Below, in pieces: positions 1-10,847 of a stretch of DNA of 64,000 nucleotides. Both the position numbers and the translations under genes were made by a program. This DNA is from Lepidodermella squamata (Eukaryota > Animalia > Gastrotricha), in contig JBLDXI010000007.1 in NCBI GenBank assembly GCA_047495785.1, positions 3,100,001 through 3,164,000 on the forward strand, in the 5' to 3' direction. Every line of letters starts with the position of its first letter. The stretch's first letter is position 1. The notes beneath the pieces were generated by a model. It made no database searches, had not been told where the DNA came from, and worked only from the letters and a program-made list of their open reading frames with translations.

Positions 1-1017
1 ATCAAGTAATTGGATACAGCTGGTAACAAAACAGAAGGGTGGTTGCGGTTGCACTATCAAATGAAGCAGCAAATTTTTTACTGCCCAGTTCAGATCGAGG
101 AAATCTTGGTCAAATAGTTGAAACCCATTCTCAGGTTCAACGGCACAGTATGATAGCATGGCGGAGAACAGGCAAGAGTAAGCCTCTGGAGAATTGATTG
201 CTGCTCGAAAAGCTTCTCCCGATGTCAGCGAAGCAAGAATTTCACAGATTATCAATTCAAACATGTCGAACCCCATTCTGCCACGGAACGTTGTAAGTTT
301 GTCATTCCCGGCGTCGAAAGCGAAGCAAAGTGTTCGAATTTGACTCGGTGTGAGCTTATCAAATGAAGAGGTCACCCATAAATCGTTGAGTTGAGAGTTG
401 GTCAAAGCATCGAACATCTTCAGCGCCTTCTCACGGTAATTTCTATCACCTTTTCTCGGCAACGATAACAAACATTGGCAGAGTTGGTAGGCAAACTCCT
501 CCCAGTCATTTGTTTCAGACAGGGACAATTCTTCAGCAGTAAATGAAAATAGCCTCTCACAACGAACAAAATCTGCAGCTTCCGAGGACGACATGCTATT
601 CGCGTAACGACTTCCGGTGTTAATACTTTCTTCCCAGCGACGCAACACCTCAGAATCTTCGAAGAAAAGTCTTGACATGAAGGTGAAATTGTACATAAGA
701 ACGGAGTCAGACGATTCACAAGCTGCTTCTGCTATTTGCTCGAAGAATTTTTCCGACCAGCCAAACATTGAATCGACGGTTTTCAGGGCCTTCAAAGCGT
801 CTTCGTAGCGTTTTTGCTGCATTAGAGTTTCACCTAGGCGCATCAAGCTCGATATTTTTCGTTGCCTCGCTTTCAGTTCTTCTCGACTGCCAATCGCTCG
901 ACTGCGAATTTCGGTCAAGAATTCTTGAACTGACGATTTAAGGTCGACCAGTTTCTGATGGACAGAAGATCCGCCAGGATGGACATCGGTGCCAAAAACG
1001 GTTTGGAAAACAGACAT
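1..1017 (-). CDS. Array family member (TPR-like + helical repeat protein), 3' end runs off the window
   Basis: Absent from the ORF track (no stop in window). Manual translation from ATG 1017: MSVFQTVFGTDVHPGGSSVHQKL...LGETLMQQKRYEDALKALKTVDSMFGWSE...DWEEF...LTPSQIR...SLTSGEAFR, which carries the family motifs. Confidence 0.85.
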   Translation of the reverse strand, partial: MSVFQTVFGTDVHPGGSSVHQKLVDLKSSVQEFLTEIRSRAIGSREELKARQRKISSLMRLGETLMQQKRYEDALKALKTVDSMFGWSEKFFEQIAEAACESSDSVLMYNFTFMSRLFFEDSEVLRRWEESINTGSRYANSMSSSEAADFVRCERLFSFTAEELSLSETNDWEEFAYQLCQCLLSLPRKGDRNYREKALKMFDALTNSQLNDLWVTSSFDKLTPSQIRTLCFAFDAGNDKLTTFRGRMGFDMFELIICEILASLTSGEAFRAAINSPEAYSCLFSAMLSYCAVEPENGFQLFDQDFLDLNWAVKNLLLHLIVQPQPPFCFVTSCIQLLD

Positions 1018-2114
1018 TTTTAAGGCTTTACGAAGTTTTTATCCTATAGAAATATTATAAATTTGACGTAACAAAGCGTCTCATTGCGAGATAATATTTA
1101 TGCCGGTCAGGATTGGGCACTTCAAAAACTTAATATTCACCCTGGAAATTCTGATTGAAGATTGATTGAAGTTGATGGTTTGAAAATGTTAGAAAAATAG
1201 AGGTTGAGGTCGCCATCTGGCGTCCACGGTGTAACACCTTTTCGTCATTCATGGCCTTCGCTTTTCGAGTAGGATTATCGCAACATGTCGCCTTACTGCG
1301 GCTGTGCTCTTTGGAATAGAGCTATTTTCTTCTCAACCGGCTGATAACAATGGCTGCTTGATTATGATGACTCATTGGCAATCTTGTAATTGATGAAAAT
1401 CAATAAAAAATCATTGCACATTTTAGAAATTATAAAGTATGTTTTATAATGCCTAATGGCTTCATGTGGTGCGGTAATTGGATCAGCCCTCAACCGTCCT
1501 GAACCTGGAACAATCTGAGTCGTCCAAAGAGATAGCTGTAAATTCATCACAGCGCAAAAGTTGCTTGAAAATAATGTAGGAACCCGGGATTAACTAGCTC
1601 AATTATCTGCATGAAACGACCGTCAGTGTTTATTCCTGTAGCCGGAGCATTTCAGGCTTCTTTTCTCACAAGACGCTTCACCAAAACATTTGAAATGACC
1701 TCCATTAGATCGATTCCGGATGACGGTAACTCTACAGAAATGCAACAGAGCAAATAATCATTAAATTCTGGTTAAGAGCTCAATTTCCCGATATAAAAAG
1801 CCGAAACAATATAATACAAATAACAGCCAGTGAGAAATTGTTCAATTAATAAGCAATAGTCACGTGGTTCCACTCATTACGTCTGCCAATCAGCCTCTCT
1901 TTTCAACGCAACATTTATTTGATTTCAACGCCTTTTTGAAAAATAAAAATAAATTTTCATCTCTGACCGATTCTGGACGGTTCAATTTCCAAGGATCAAA
2001 TGTCTGAAGGTTTGGTTTCTACGGTTTCAGCACTATGTTCTTGCTATGTCAGGATACACGAATTTATTGCTTAGAATTTATGCATTGTTTATTCTTAGAT
2101 TTTTCCTTTCAAAA

Positions 2115-4811
2115 ATGTCAATTTTCCAGCTCGTGTTTGGCGAAGGTACCACGCCAAGCTGTTTAAAGGCGCATGAAAAGCTTCTCGAATTGAATCAGGA
2201 CGATCGAGCTGTCAACAATTTTTTGAATAAAATTCGAATTCGAGCGTTCGGCGGTTTCAACGAATTTGAAGATCACGACCGAAAGGTACACAGTTTATTA
2301 CAGCTGAGCACACTTTTAATGCAAGAATATCGATTCAACGACGCTTTCAACGCCCTGATCAAAGTCGACTCGATGTTCGGCTGGTCTGAGCTGTTTTTCA
2401 GGCTCATCGCAAAAGCGGCACTCAAATCAGAAAATCTAACGATTTCCTACACATTTTCCTGGATTCTGAAGTACTTTTTCAACCGTGAATATCCGATGAA
2501 CAGCTGGAACAAATTTAGATCTGCTAGTGACGAATCTTTTACAAACTCGCCTCTGCAATATTTCTCGAACTTCGAGGGTGAAGACTGGGACGAATTTGCT
2601 ACCGAGGCTTTTCTGTCCCTAGCTGAATGTTCTCCTGATTTTTCGAACCAGATCTTTGCCGCCATTCAAAACTCTAAATTGAAAGATTTATTGCTGAATG
2701 TATCGATAGAAAATCTCTCCCCGAGTCTCGCCCGGTGTATTTGCTTACTCCTATCGATAAAATGCGGCGGGACATCTATCTTCAACGTAATGCAGGTGAT
2801 TGCCGTTAACATTCTGGTTTCCTTGGCTTCGGATCTTGGCTTTCGATGGGCCGTCAAAAACACCGAGGTGTATTCCATTATTTTCAACTCAATTGCGAAG
2901 TTTTGCAAGCGGGAGAAAGAATTCGATTTGAATGGCTTCAAATTTTACGATATAAATTGGGCGGTGAAAAATTTACTTCTCAATTTAACATCGAATACAT
3001 CGCGATTGAGCTTCTGCGTTCAACTGCTTCAAGAAACAACCGACAAGGTTGGGCAATTACAGGCTGAAACATTGGACTTGATTGCTATTTCTTTGCTAGC
3101 TATTGCGAAATCGAGTGATGGTACGATTCGCCGAAATTTCAGTTCTCTTAGCAAGTGTATTGAAATTCTCTTTTCCAATGAAAATCTTCGATCGGAAATT
3201 GCTCTGAATGGTTCTTTACCTTTGGCTCTTGCGATGTGTTACGACGCGACGAATTTCAAGCTGGTCGAAAAGATTTTCACAAATTTCCTATCTGAACTTG
3301 GCAAAGAAGATCGGTTGATTCTGGCGAATAATAAACTGTTCGCTAATCAATTTTTCAAGGCTATACCGTAACGAGTGGTAACTTTGGACAAAACGTGTTT
3401 TTCGAACATTAAAAATCAGCCTTTGCTTCTAAATTTCTGAAATTTTTACCAAAGGTGGGGACGGTCATTCTTGAATTTACTGCAAATTCCAGAAATTTTG
3501 AGAATTTTACCTGACCTTTGGCTAATTAATAGGTGTTCCGGTAACTTTGGACAATTAGAGGGTAGCTTTGGACACTCATTTGCATATGCAATTTCATTGC
3601 GATTTCATTGTGAATTATCTGTTTTTCATGGTTTTTCATTTTATCTTGGGTCAGATTTCGAAAAAAATTATGAACAGATGGCGCATCATCTGTTTCTCGG
3701 AAGTTCAATAAAATACGTTTCTGCGCAGCAGCATACTTAACCCGTCCAAAAGTGTCCAAAATTACCCCAATTTTCACCCGTTTTTCAGGTGAATGCCCTG
3801 CTAAAACGCGTCGACAGATTCCCATTTTATCTTCGATTATAGGGATAGTATAGATAGGAGAATACTCATGCCAACTTTCATTGAAAACTGATCGATTATT
3901 AGAAAGATAGAAGGGGGGTCCCAAAACGGCACCCAAAGTCTTACTGCTTGTAACGTTTTCTGAAATTCAATTTCAGCTCCAATCGTCTTGATTTTTATTT
4001 CAAACGAAAGCTGAAGAGACGGAGAATTTTAAGCAAAAACCCCCATGATTTGAACGTTCAACCCTGAAAAGCTAAACACCTGCAAAGCCGAAAGTGTCCA
4101 AAGTTACCGTGTCCACAATCACCACACGTTACGGTAGATGCTTTTTATCATAAAGGCGAGCAAGCTGTGTTTCGAGCCCGGCCAGCTCTTCAAATCTCGC
4201 ATCTGCTTCATGCTGATTTGGACAGGGATGAAAATTCGTATTTTTCTAAACTAATCCTCGGCCATTTTCATTTCATCAGATCTCTGTTCGTAAAAACGGC
4301 TTATGGGCCTTGTGTTGGCCTGCTTTATGCCGTACTGCGAAGTGCTAAAACTGAAATGCGTGAAAAATGGCGAAAAATATATCCCGTGAAGATCTTCGCG
4401 AAATTAGCCGTAAAAGCGATGTGTCATATCTTGCAAAAGAAGGATTTTTCTCAATTCATTCTCAACATCTTCAATGGAACTCACGACCTCGGTGTACTCA
4501 ACGAAATCTGCTCAATCGCCCCTGAAGTCGCGGAAAAATTCACGTTGCATCAAATGCTGTCGATGATTCGAGTTTTCGATCAGGATCTTGGAATTTGCCA
4601 CGTCCTGAATGAATTTGAGGAGGATTTTATTCAAGAACGCGATCTGGCTCTTGGCATCTTCTTATCGGCCGTTGCCTCGTTAAATGAACAGGTTAAATTT
4701 GGCTTGGTTCGAAATAGGTCGATTCTTCGAAGCGTGATTACGAAGATGAAAATATCCTTGAGTGAACTTGATGAAAAATCGCGGAACCTAGAGGAATTCA
4801 TTGTCGACTGA
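2115..4811 (+). pseudogene. Array family member disrupted by a MITE (3366-4134); 641 aa when the insertion is removed
   Basis: Starts MSIFQLVFGE at 2115. Removing 3366-4136 (element plus one TA) joins ...FFKAI in frame to DAFYHKGEQAVFRARP... and on to the stop at 4811. Confidence 0.85.
3366..4134. mobile_element. Non-autonomous Tc1/mariner-pogo-type element (MITE) with TA target duplication
   Basis: TA|CCGTAACGAGTGGTAACTTTGGACA ... TGTCCACAATCACCACACGTTACGG|TA. Internal subterminal copies of CTTTGGACA/TGTCCAAA. Confidence 0.9.
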
Positions 4812-5358
4812 TTGGGACTTGAACATTTGATTAATTTACGAATTAATATTAAAATAAATTGCCATTCTTTTAAACTTTTGATTATTTTTTTATTTTTCTT
4901 CAACAGTTCTTCAAGAACGCATTTGACAAACAGCAATACAAGGGAACTCTGATGACTTTCTATGGAAAGCAGCATCAAAATCTCTCAGCAAATACACAAT
5001 GTCAAAAACTATGCGATACACCTCACCGCACTTTTCACTTTTTCATGGCCTATTGTAAATTTTTGAAATTCATAGTTAGCTATATATTGTTGGTTATTCG
5101 ATGGTAGCCATATATATTTTGATAATTATGGTTTTTCTAGCTCTCGCTTCAAATCGACCGATCGATCACCGAGGTTTTATGGGAATTTATTCCGAATTTT
5201 ATTATAACATTGTGGTAAAATAAATTTGCCTACAACAGTTGGCTGTTTATTTGCTTTTACAGGTTCAACCCATAGAGCTAGTTCTTGAAACTATAATCGC
5301 ATAGTTGTGGTTCAAATGACCACCTGACGTCTTCCTGACGTCTCGATTGAGCTGTGTC

Positions 5359-5413
5359 CATAGAGCTAGTTTTAGGTTTCTAAGTTTTTAAGTTTCTTAA
5401 AACTAGCTCTATG
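5359..5413. mobile_element. 55-bp micro-MITE with 16-bp TIRs and 8-bp TSD (P- or hAT-like)
   Basis: GCTGTGTC|CATAGAGCTAGTTTTA...TAAAACTAGCTCTATG|GCTGTGTC. A second CATAGAGCTAGTT end lies at ~5271. Confidence 0.8.
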
Positions 5414-5785
5414 GCTGTGTCTATTTGAGCTCAGCCACCTGACACAACTATTAACTCGTAAATTTCCGCATTACACTCGAGTTGGAATTTCTTACCTTTC
5501 CTATTATCCAAATGTACCATGAATTGACCTAATATGGTTTTCAGTTTCTTTCTGGCGATCAGGCACGCGGCTAACAAGGCGAAGATACACAAATTCAGTT
5601 TTACCACGCCATTTGTATCTAGTTTCTATTCTAGCCGTTCACCTCGCGAAATCTAAGTGATGATTTTACCCGCATTTGCTCTAACCCTGGGCCTGATTCT
5701 TCGTGAAATTTGGGAAATTTTTATTTCCAAATACTTCCAAATGAATCAGTTTTATTTTTCGTCCTCCGTAGGGATGTGATGTTAA

Positions 5786-6553
5786 CCCTTTCATGGCGGA
5801 ATTATTTATCTGCCGTGGAAATAATATTTGACGGCAGTTATAGGGGTTTTCGAAGGCCCTGATCACGATTTTGAAATCCGTTTGTTTTTATCTATCACCG
5901 TTGAGGCTGTACGAAAACTGGCCGAAATCGTCCTATCCGCCCAGCTGATTTCAGCTGATTTTTCGAGCACCCTAATTTCTGAGTCAGATGCCTTCACCTT
6001 TGGAATTTTAGATTCTAAATTACTCCCATGAATGTTCTCAAGATTCTCCCTCACCGAAAAAATTTAGTTTAAAGAAGTTTAAGAGGCTCAGCATTCAGAT
6101 CTGAATTCAGCTTTTCCAGTTTTTCATCGCGACAGTTTTTGCAGCACAAAAATCACGCACTCCGCCCTTAAAGTCCTGGCGGATAGGACGAATTCGGCCG
6201 ACTTGATTAAATCTCAATAACGTCGCCATTTTTAATTTCCAACTCGAAAAAATTTACACAGAGGTCAATGGGACTATGGCGGACACGGTGATATTTTTTG
6301 TTGGATCAACAAATGATCAGGACCCTATGCAATTTCTAGTTGAAAAAAATCGAAATTTCAATGTCAGGTTGACTATTTTCAAATTGCTAGTATGTTCTGA
6401 CCATGCTAGATAACGGTGTTCTGGTCTCAGAACCTTGTAGCCAACATCGAAGAGCAATATTCCTCAAAAGGGCGATCAAGAATTCATCAAATTCGATTTT
6501 CTGCGAATTTTCAAAGTCGAAATTCCGAAATCGTCGTTCCCGCCGTGAAAGGG
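5786..6553. mobile_element. piggyBac-like non-autonomous element
   Basis: TTAA|CCCTTTCATGGCGG ... CCGCCGTGAAAGGG|TTAT (13/14 TIR match). Internal inverted repeat at ~5920-5941 / ~6178-6199. The right target site is imperfect, where a LINE tail abuts it. Confidence 0.65.
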
Positions 6554-6974
6554 TTATTATCAGAGAGTAGAAAAAAGCCTTACCCGTGAGGGTTTAGGGG
6601 ACGGCTGACGACAGGCGATCGGCTTCAGGAGCCGACAGATCGGTCGCGAACAACCTGCTTTTTCCCAAAAATGCATAATTTTCGATGCTATTACACACTA
6701 ATTGCCATTCATCCCGATCTCTGGCAGTAATTTCCGCTAATTCTAGATTCGCAATTTTAAGAATTTCAGTGCGTCGCATTAACAGGGTCGACTTACGAGG
6801 TCTCCCGCGTCTAACTGGCTCATTTGGGTTTTTAATATATTTCACATGAATATCGAACAAACCAATTTTAAGAAGACTCCTTTTCAAGCTATCGGTCCAG
6901 CGGGTTGGCGGTTTACCGCGAGGCAAGCACCAACTCGGGTCGACCTCTTTCCAATGATATATGGCATTCTTCAT
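6554..6974 (-). mobile_element. 5'-truncated RTE-clade LINE (C-terminal region plus 3' tail)
   Basis: ORF 6594-6974 contains W..PRGKPPTRWTDSL...ARDRDEW, typical of RTE ORF2 C-termini. It ends in an ATAATAA tail. Confidence 0.75.
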
Positions 6975-7689
6975 TGCCTTCGTCAGTTGCTTCTATTCTC
7001 AGACCGGACAATTTGTCTAAAATATGCTCGCGAATTGCCCAGTTTCCACGAGACATTTCCTAGCTAGTTGCGAGTGCGTTTTCGTGACTGCTGGCAAGCT
7101 GAAGGAATTCGAATCGCTTGTGCTGCTGCTTTGCAAACTTCTAGACCCTGCTTCGAAATGTCGAGAGTCACATTTTTCACGTGAATTCTTTTCCGGAGGC
7201 GATTCCAAGATTTTGAAAACCGTTGTCAGCTCTACTATCGATTTCAACCTGTCTGCCTCACTGCTTTTGCTGATCTTTCGAATCGCCGATGAGGAAACAA
7301 TGCGAAAATGCATTGAATTGTATGCCAACGAGTTTCCTCGGCTGGTTAACGCTGCCCTTCGGAAGTTTTTCGAAAAGCCTGAGAAATCTGAATCACAACT
7401 TGAGAAGAGATGCCGAGATATCCAGTGTTTGACCCTAGTTTTTAAGCTGGTGACTCTGCACGTTCAAGCAATTCAAATCAATCTAGAAAAGAGAGCTGAT
7501 ATTTTCTCGGCTTATTTTGACGAGCTTCAGCTGTCATTTACGATATTGCTAGTCGCACTTCTGCCGGGCAATGCTGATATCCTTACGACTTTAAAACGGA
7601 ACAAACAGTTTCTCAGAAAAATACTTGGAAATTCTTCGAAATCTCTGAAAGAACTGATTGCTACGCGACCCAACGCTTGTGATCAATAA
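6971..7689 (+). pseudogene. 3' fragment of an array family member, closest to 8154-10169
   Basis: RESHFSR..F..G.S and EKPE..ESQLEK..RDIQCLTL are shared with 8154-10169. Homology begins at ~6971 (SLPSSVASILRPDN vs TLPICIASVLKCDN) at the LINE junction, with an internal deletion/frameshift. Confidence 0.85.
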
Positions 7690-8153
7690 TTATTACCCAA
7701 CTTGAAAACAACATTTTTTCGAATTTCCTTCCTCCAATTGAATTCAATGTGTTAACCATGTTGTTTTAATTGTGATTTAACCCTTTGATAAATGATTACT
7801 TACTCATTTCGTTTCCATAATTATTAGATTTTTTAATTAAATGATGCACTTGTTGAAGCTGTCAATCGGAAGTTGCAACGATCGATCATCTGTAAACTGA
7901 AATGTTGTAACGAGTGCCCGAGCCACGTTTTGAGTTTTCGCTGTTGCTTTCAAAATGAACAAAACAAAGCTCTACATAAAATCAGCAAAGCTATTGCCAA
8001 ATGAGTTCTTGTAGGATCAGAAACGCTCCCACCGAAGTCATTGAAAATACCTGTTTCTCTCGATTTTTTCGATTGATTCCTATATTCTCATGAGATGACC
8101 TTAATTTTTTCGTTTAATCATTTTCATTTCCATTAATAGGTAGCCGTTGTTTA

Positions 8154-10169
8154 ATGAAATTGTTAAATTTGTTATTCGGCAACGGCTGTGATGTCGGTTC
8201 TGTTGATCTTCAGCATAAAATTCTGTCGCTCAAATCTCCCGATGACGTATCAAAATTCTGCGAGGAGGTTCCAATTCGATTTCTAGGTGGTTTCAAAGCT
8301 TCGGAGGAAAGCAAACGGCACATCTTGGATTTGCTGAAGCGTGGCGAGGCTTGTATGCTGGAGCAAAACTACGAAGAGGCTTACATTTCTTTCGAGAAAG
8401 CCGTGGAAGCGGGTAACTTTTTTTCGAGTGAAATCGCTTTACTAATGGCTGAAGCAGCACTCAAACTTGAGCGATATAAAACTGCGATTGCTCTGCTCCA
8501 CGCTACATCAGGCTCCCCGAAATCTACTATGCTGACGACTGAAGCGTATGCAAAACTCGGTTACAAATTTATCGGCGAGATCGGCGTTGAAACAAGCAAA
8601 GGATTCAATTTACAAGACCTCAACATCAGCCTTACTCATCTTGAGAAAACCGAAATTGAAGACTGGGACGAATTTTTATTTCTCGCTCTGCATGTTTTGT
8701 ATTATTTCCAAATTTTTCCGACAAAGCGTAACGAGTTCGCACGAAGGCTCGTCGAATCGATTTTCGCGAACGTCAGTTTCAAACAATTCATGAAAGAAAT
8801 CGACTTTGGGCACTTGACTCCTGCTCAAACACGTTTTTTCAGCTGGTATCTTCTATTCATGAGTACCCAGTGGATTCCCTCCCTGGTAGAAAGAAGCGCG
8901 AAGCTGTGGTTCGACGCTCTTGGCCTTAGACTTATCAGCAGTTTTGTGAGTGATGCCGGATTCCGCAGAGCAATCCTATTGCCCGAAGTCTTCACTTATT
9001 TCAATCAGATTCTCTCTCTGAAATTCTCCTACAAGCAGATCTTCGATTTCATCGGTCGTGGAGCATTAGTTTTTGTCTCTCGTTTAGCTGCTCTGCATAT
9101 TATATGCTACCCAAAACCGGTTTTCGATTACATCGAAGGATTGTCCTCAGGTTATCGCGAATTTGCGAACCAGCAGTTGCTACCCAGCGAAAAAGAGTCG
9201 ATAACAGAGGCAATCGAACTCCTCTCATTCTGCGCCGTTGTACTTTCGTGTTATGGCGGCGAGGGGAAAGAAGCTCTTTCCGACTTGTTTGCGTTAATGT
9301 TCCTACTTACCTCGAAGCCTGGTATTACATCTGTATTGGAAACTGGTTCAACGCTGCCGATCTGCATTGCTTCTGTTCTCAAATGCGACAACATTGCCTT
9401 GGTATGCGAAGTTTTGTATGGATCGGTCGTTCAAGGAAAAACTTGCCATTCAACTGTCAACAACCTCACTTTCACAAAGCACTTTTTGATGAATTTCCAG
9501 CTGGCCATCTCAAGCGAAATCAGCGAGAGAAAGGCCGAGGTGCCGATTGTACTGCTGCTGCTGCCGCTGTTGCTGCCGAATTTTCCGAGTGGACCTACAG
9601 AGCTGAGGGAATCGCATTTTTCGCGCCAACTCTTCACTCGCGGAAATTCTACATTTGCTAGAGCCGTTTTCACTACTACTACAAATTTCAACATCGTCTC
9701 TCCGCTGATTCTGATAATGCTAAGACTTGCAGATGAAGAAACGAAGCGTAGATGGGTGAAGCTGTATTCCAGCCAGTTTCCCAGAATCGTCAAAACTGCC
9801 ATTGATAAATTCTATGAAAAGCCTGAGAGATTTGAATCGCAACTTGAGAAAGGATATCGTGATATTCAATGCTTGACTCTCATCCGTGAATTGGTGAGAC
9901 TATCACCACAGGCTGCAAGGGTTATCAACTTTCTGCACATTGAATCCATGTTAAATCACTTGGACAAGAAGGCAGATCACTGCAGATCTATAGCAGATCT
10001 TCAACTGGCTTTTGCGTCCATGTTGGCCGCGGCTTTACCAGGGGTAAATAACATCCGTGTGAATTTGAAGCGCAACAAGCGATTGCTACGAAAAATTATT
10101 GCACAAACAGCGAAATCTTCGCAAGAAATCGAATCAATTATTGCGAAATGTGAAAGTTCCATTGAATGA
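8154..10169 (+). CDS. Array family member, 671 aa
   Basis: Intronless ORF with LFGN..., TPR-like GEACMLEQNYEEAYISFEKA, WDEF, TPAQTR, SDAGFR, NN..F and LKRNKRLL motifs. Confidence 0.9.
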   Translation: MKLLNLLFGNGCDVGSVDLQHKILSLKSPDDVSKFCEEVPIRFLGGFKASEESKRHILDLLKRGEACMLEQNYEEAYISFEKAVEAGNFFSSEIALLMAEAALKLERYKTAIALLHATSGSPKSTMLTTEAYAKLGYKFIGEIGVETSKGFNLQDLNISLTHLEKTEIEDWDEFLFLALHVLYYFQIFPTKRNEFARRLVESIFANVSFKQFMKEIDFGHLTPAQTRFFSWYLLFMSTQWIPSLVERSAKLWFDALGLRLISSFVSDAGFRRAILLPEVFTYFNQILSLKFSYKQIFDFIGRGALVFVSRLAALHIICYPKPVFDYIEGLSSGYREFANQQLLPSEKESITEAIELLSFCAVVLSCYGGEGKEALSDLFALMFLLTSKPGITSVLETGSTLPICIASVLKCDNIALVCEVLYGSVVQGKTCHSTVNNLTFTKHFLMNFQLAISSEISERKAEVPIVLLLLPLLLPNFPSGPTELRESHFSRQLFTRGNSTFARAVFTTTTNFNIVSPLILIMLRLADEETKRRWVKLYSSQFPRIVKTAIDKFYEKPERFESQLEKGYRDIQCLTLIRELVRLSPQAARVINFLHIESMLNHLDKKADHCRSIADLQLAFASMLAAALPGVNNIRVNLKRNKRLLRKIIAQTAKSSQEIESIIAKCESSIE

Positions 10170-10847
10170 TCATCGTGATTCATGTTCATCCGCAACCCTA
10201 TCCAATAATAATCCATGATTCATGATATCTCTCATTTTTTATCTCTTTTTTTATGTTTATACCAATGGTTTTGACGTGACGTTAAACAGTACACCACACG
10301 GATCTTTGATTTGAAAATAAAATAAAACGAATGCAGAAACTTAATTAGGGATTTTCTGAAACGAAATACCATCGGGCGTCGCTTTTTTACTGTAATTTGT
10401 TAAAAATATGAAAAGCAAGTCTTAGTCACATTTTTGGTTGTCGGATGAAATAAGACATTAGTCGGATAAAAAAATTATTTCCCTCAAATCAAAAAATTCA
10501 ATTCAGGTCAAATGAGAGTCAAAAATGGACTTGATGAATGCGACATAATTGCTCCTGGAAAGAAGCTATTTCGAGCATGCACTTTCCCACGCGTGATGCT
10601 TGATTTCCATCAATCGGCCACATGTTTTGGCAACCGTTTTACTAAACAATGCTCGAGGCTATGAAAGCAGCACTTATGCCCCTACTAATAAATATTATAG
10701 TACGAAACTTGAAATTAAATTCACATTTCATAAAAATGGCGAATCATCAAACAAAAATTGAGTGACAAATCGATGAGCCTCAGGAAGCAAACTTTTCTGC
10801 TCACATTCTAGATTCTAGAAAAATATCAGATCAGATATATCAGAAAC

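Noticed and set aside
2046-2114. N-terminal extensions in the ORF track (also 26494-26568, 35432-35461, 29191-29199)
   Set aside because: Family alignment, signal-peptide position and upstream acceptor sites place the starts at the downstream ATGs.
3368-4137. MITE acting as an intron (GT at 3368, AG at 4136-4137; Introner-like)
   Set aside because: That splice, and those to the next AGs (4155, 4160, 4164), put the downstream exon out of frame.
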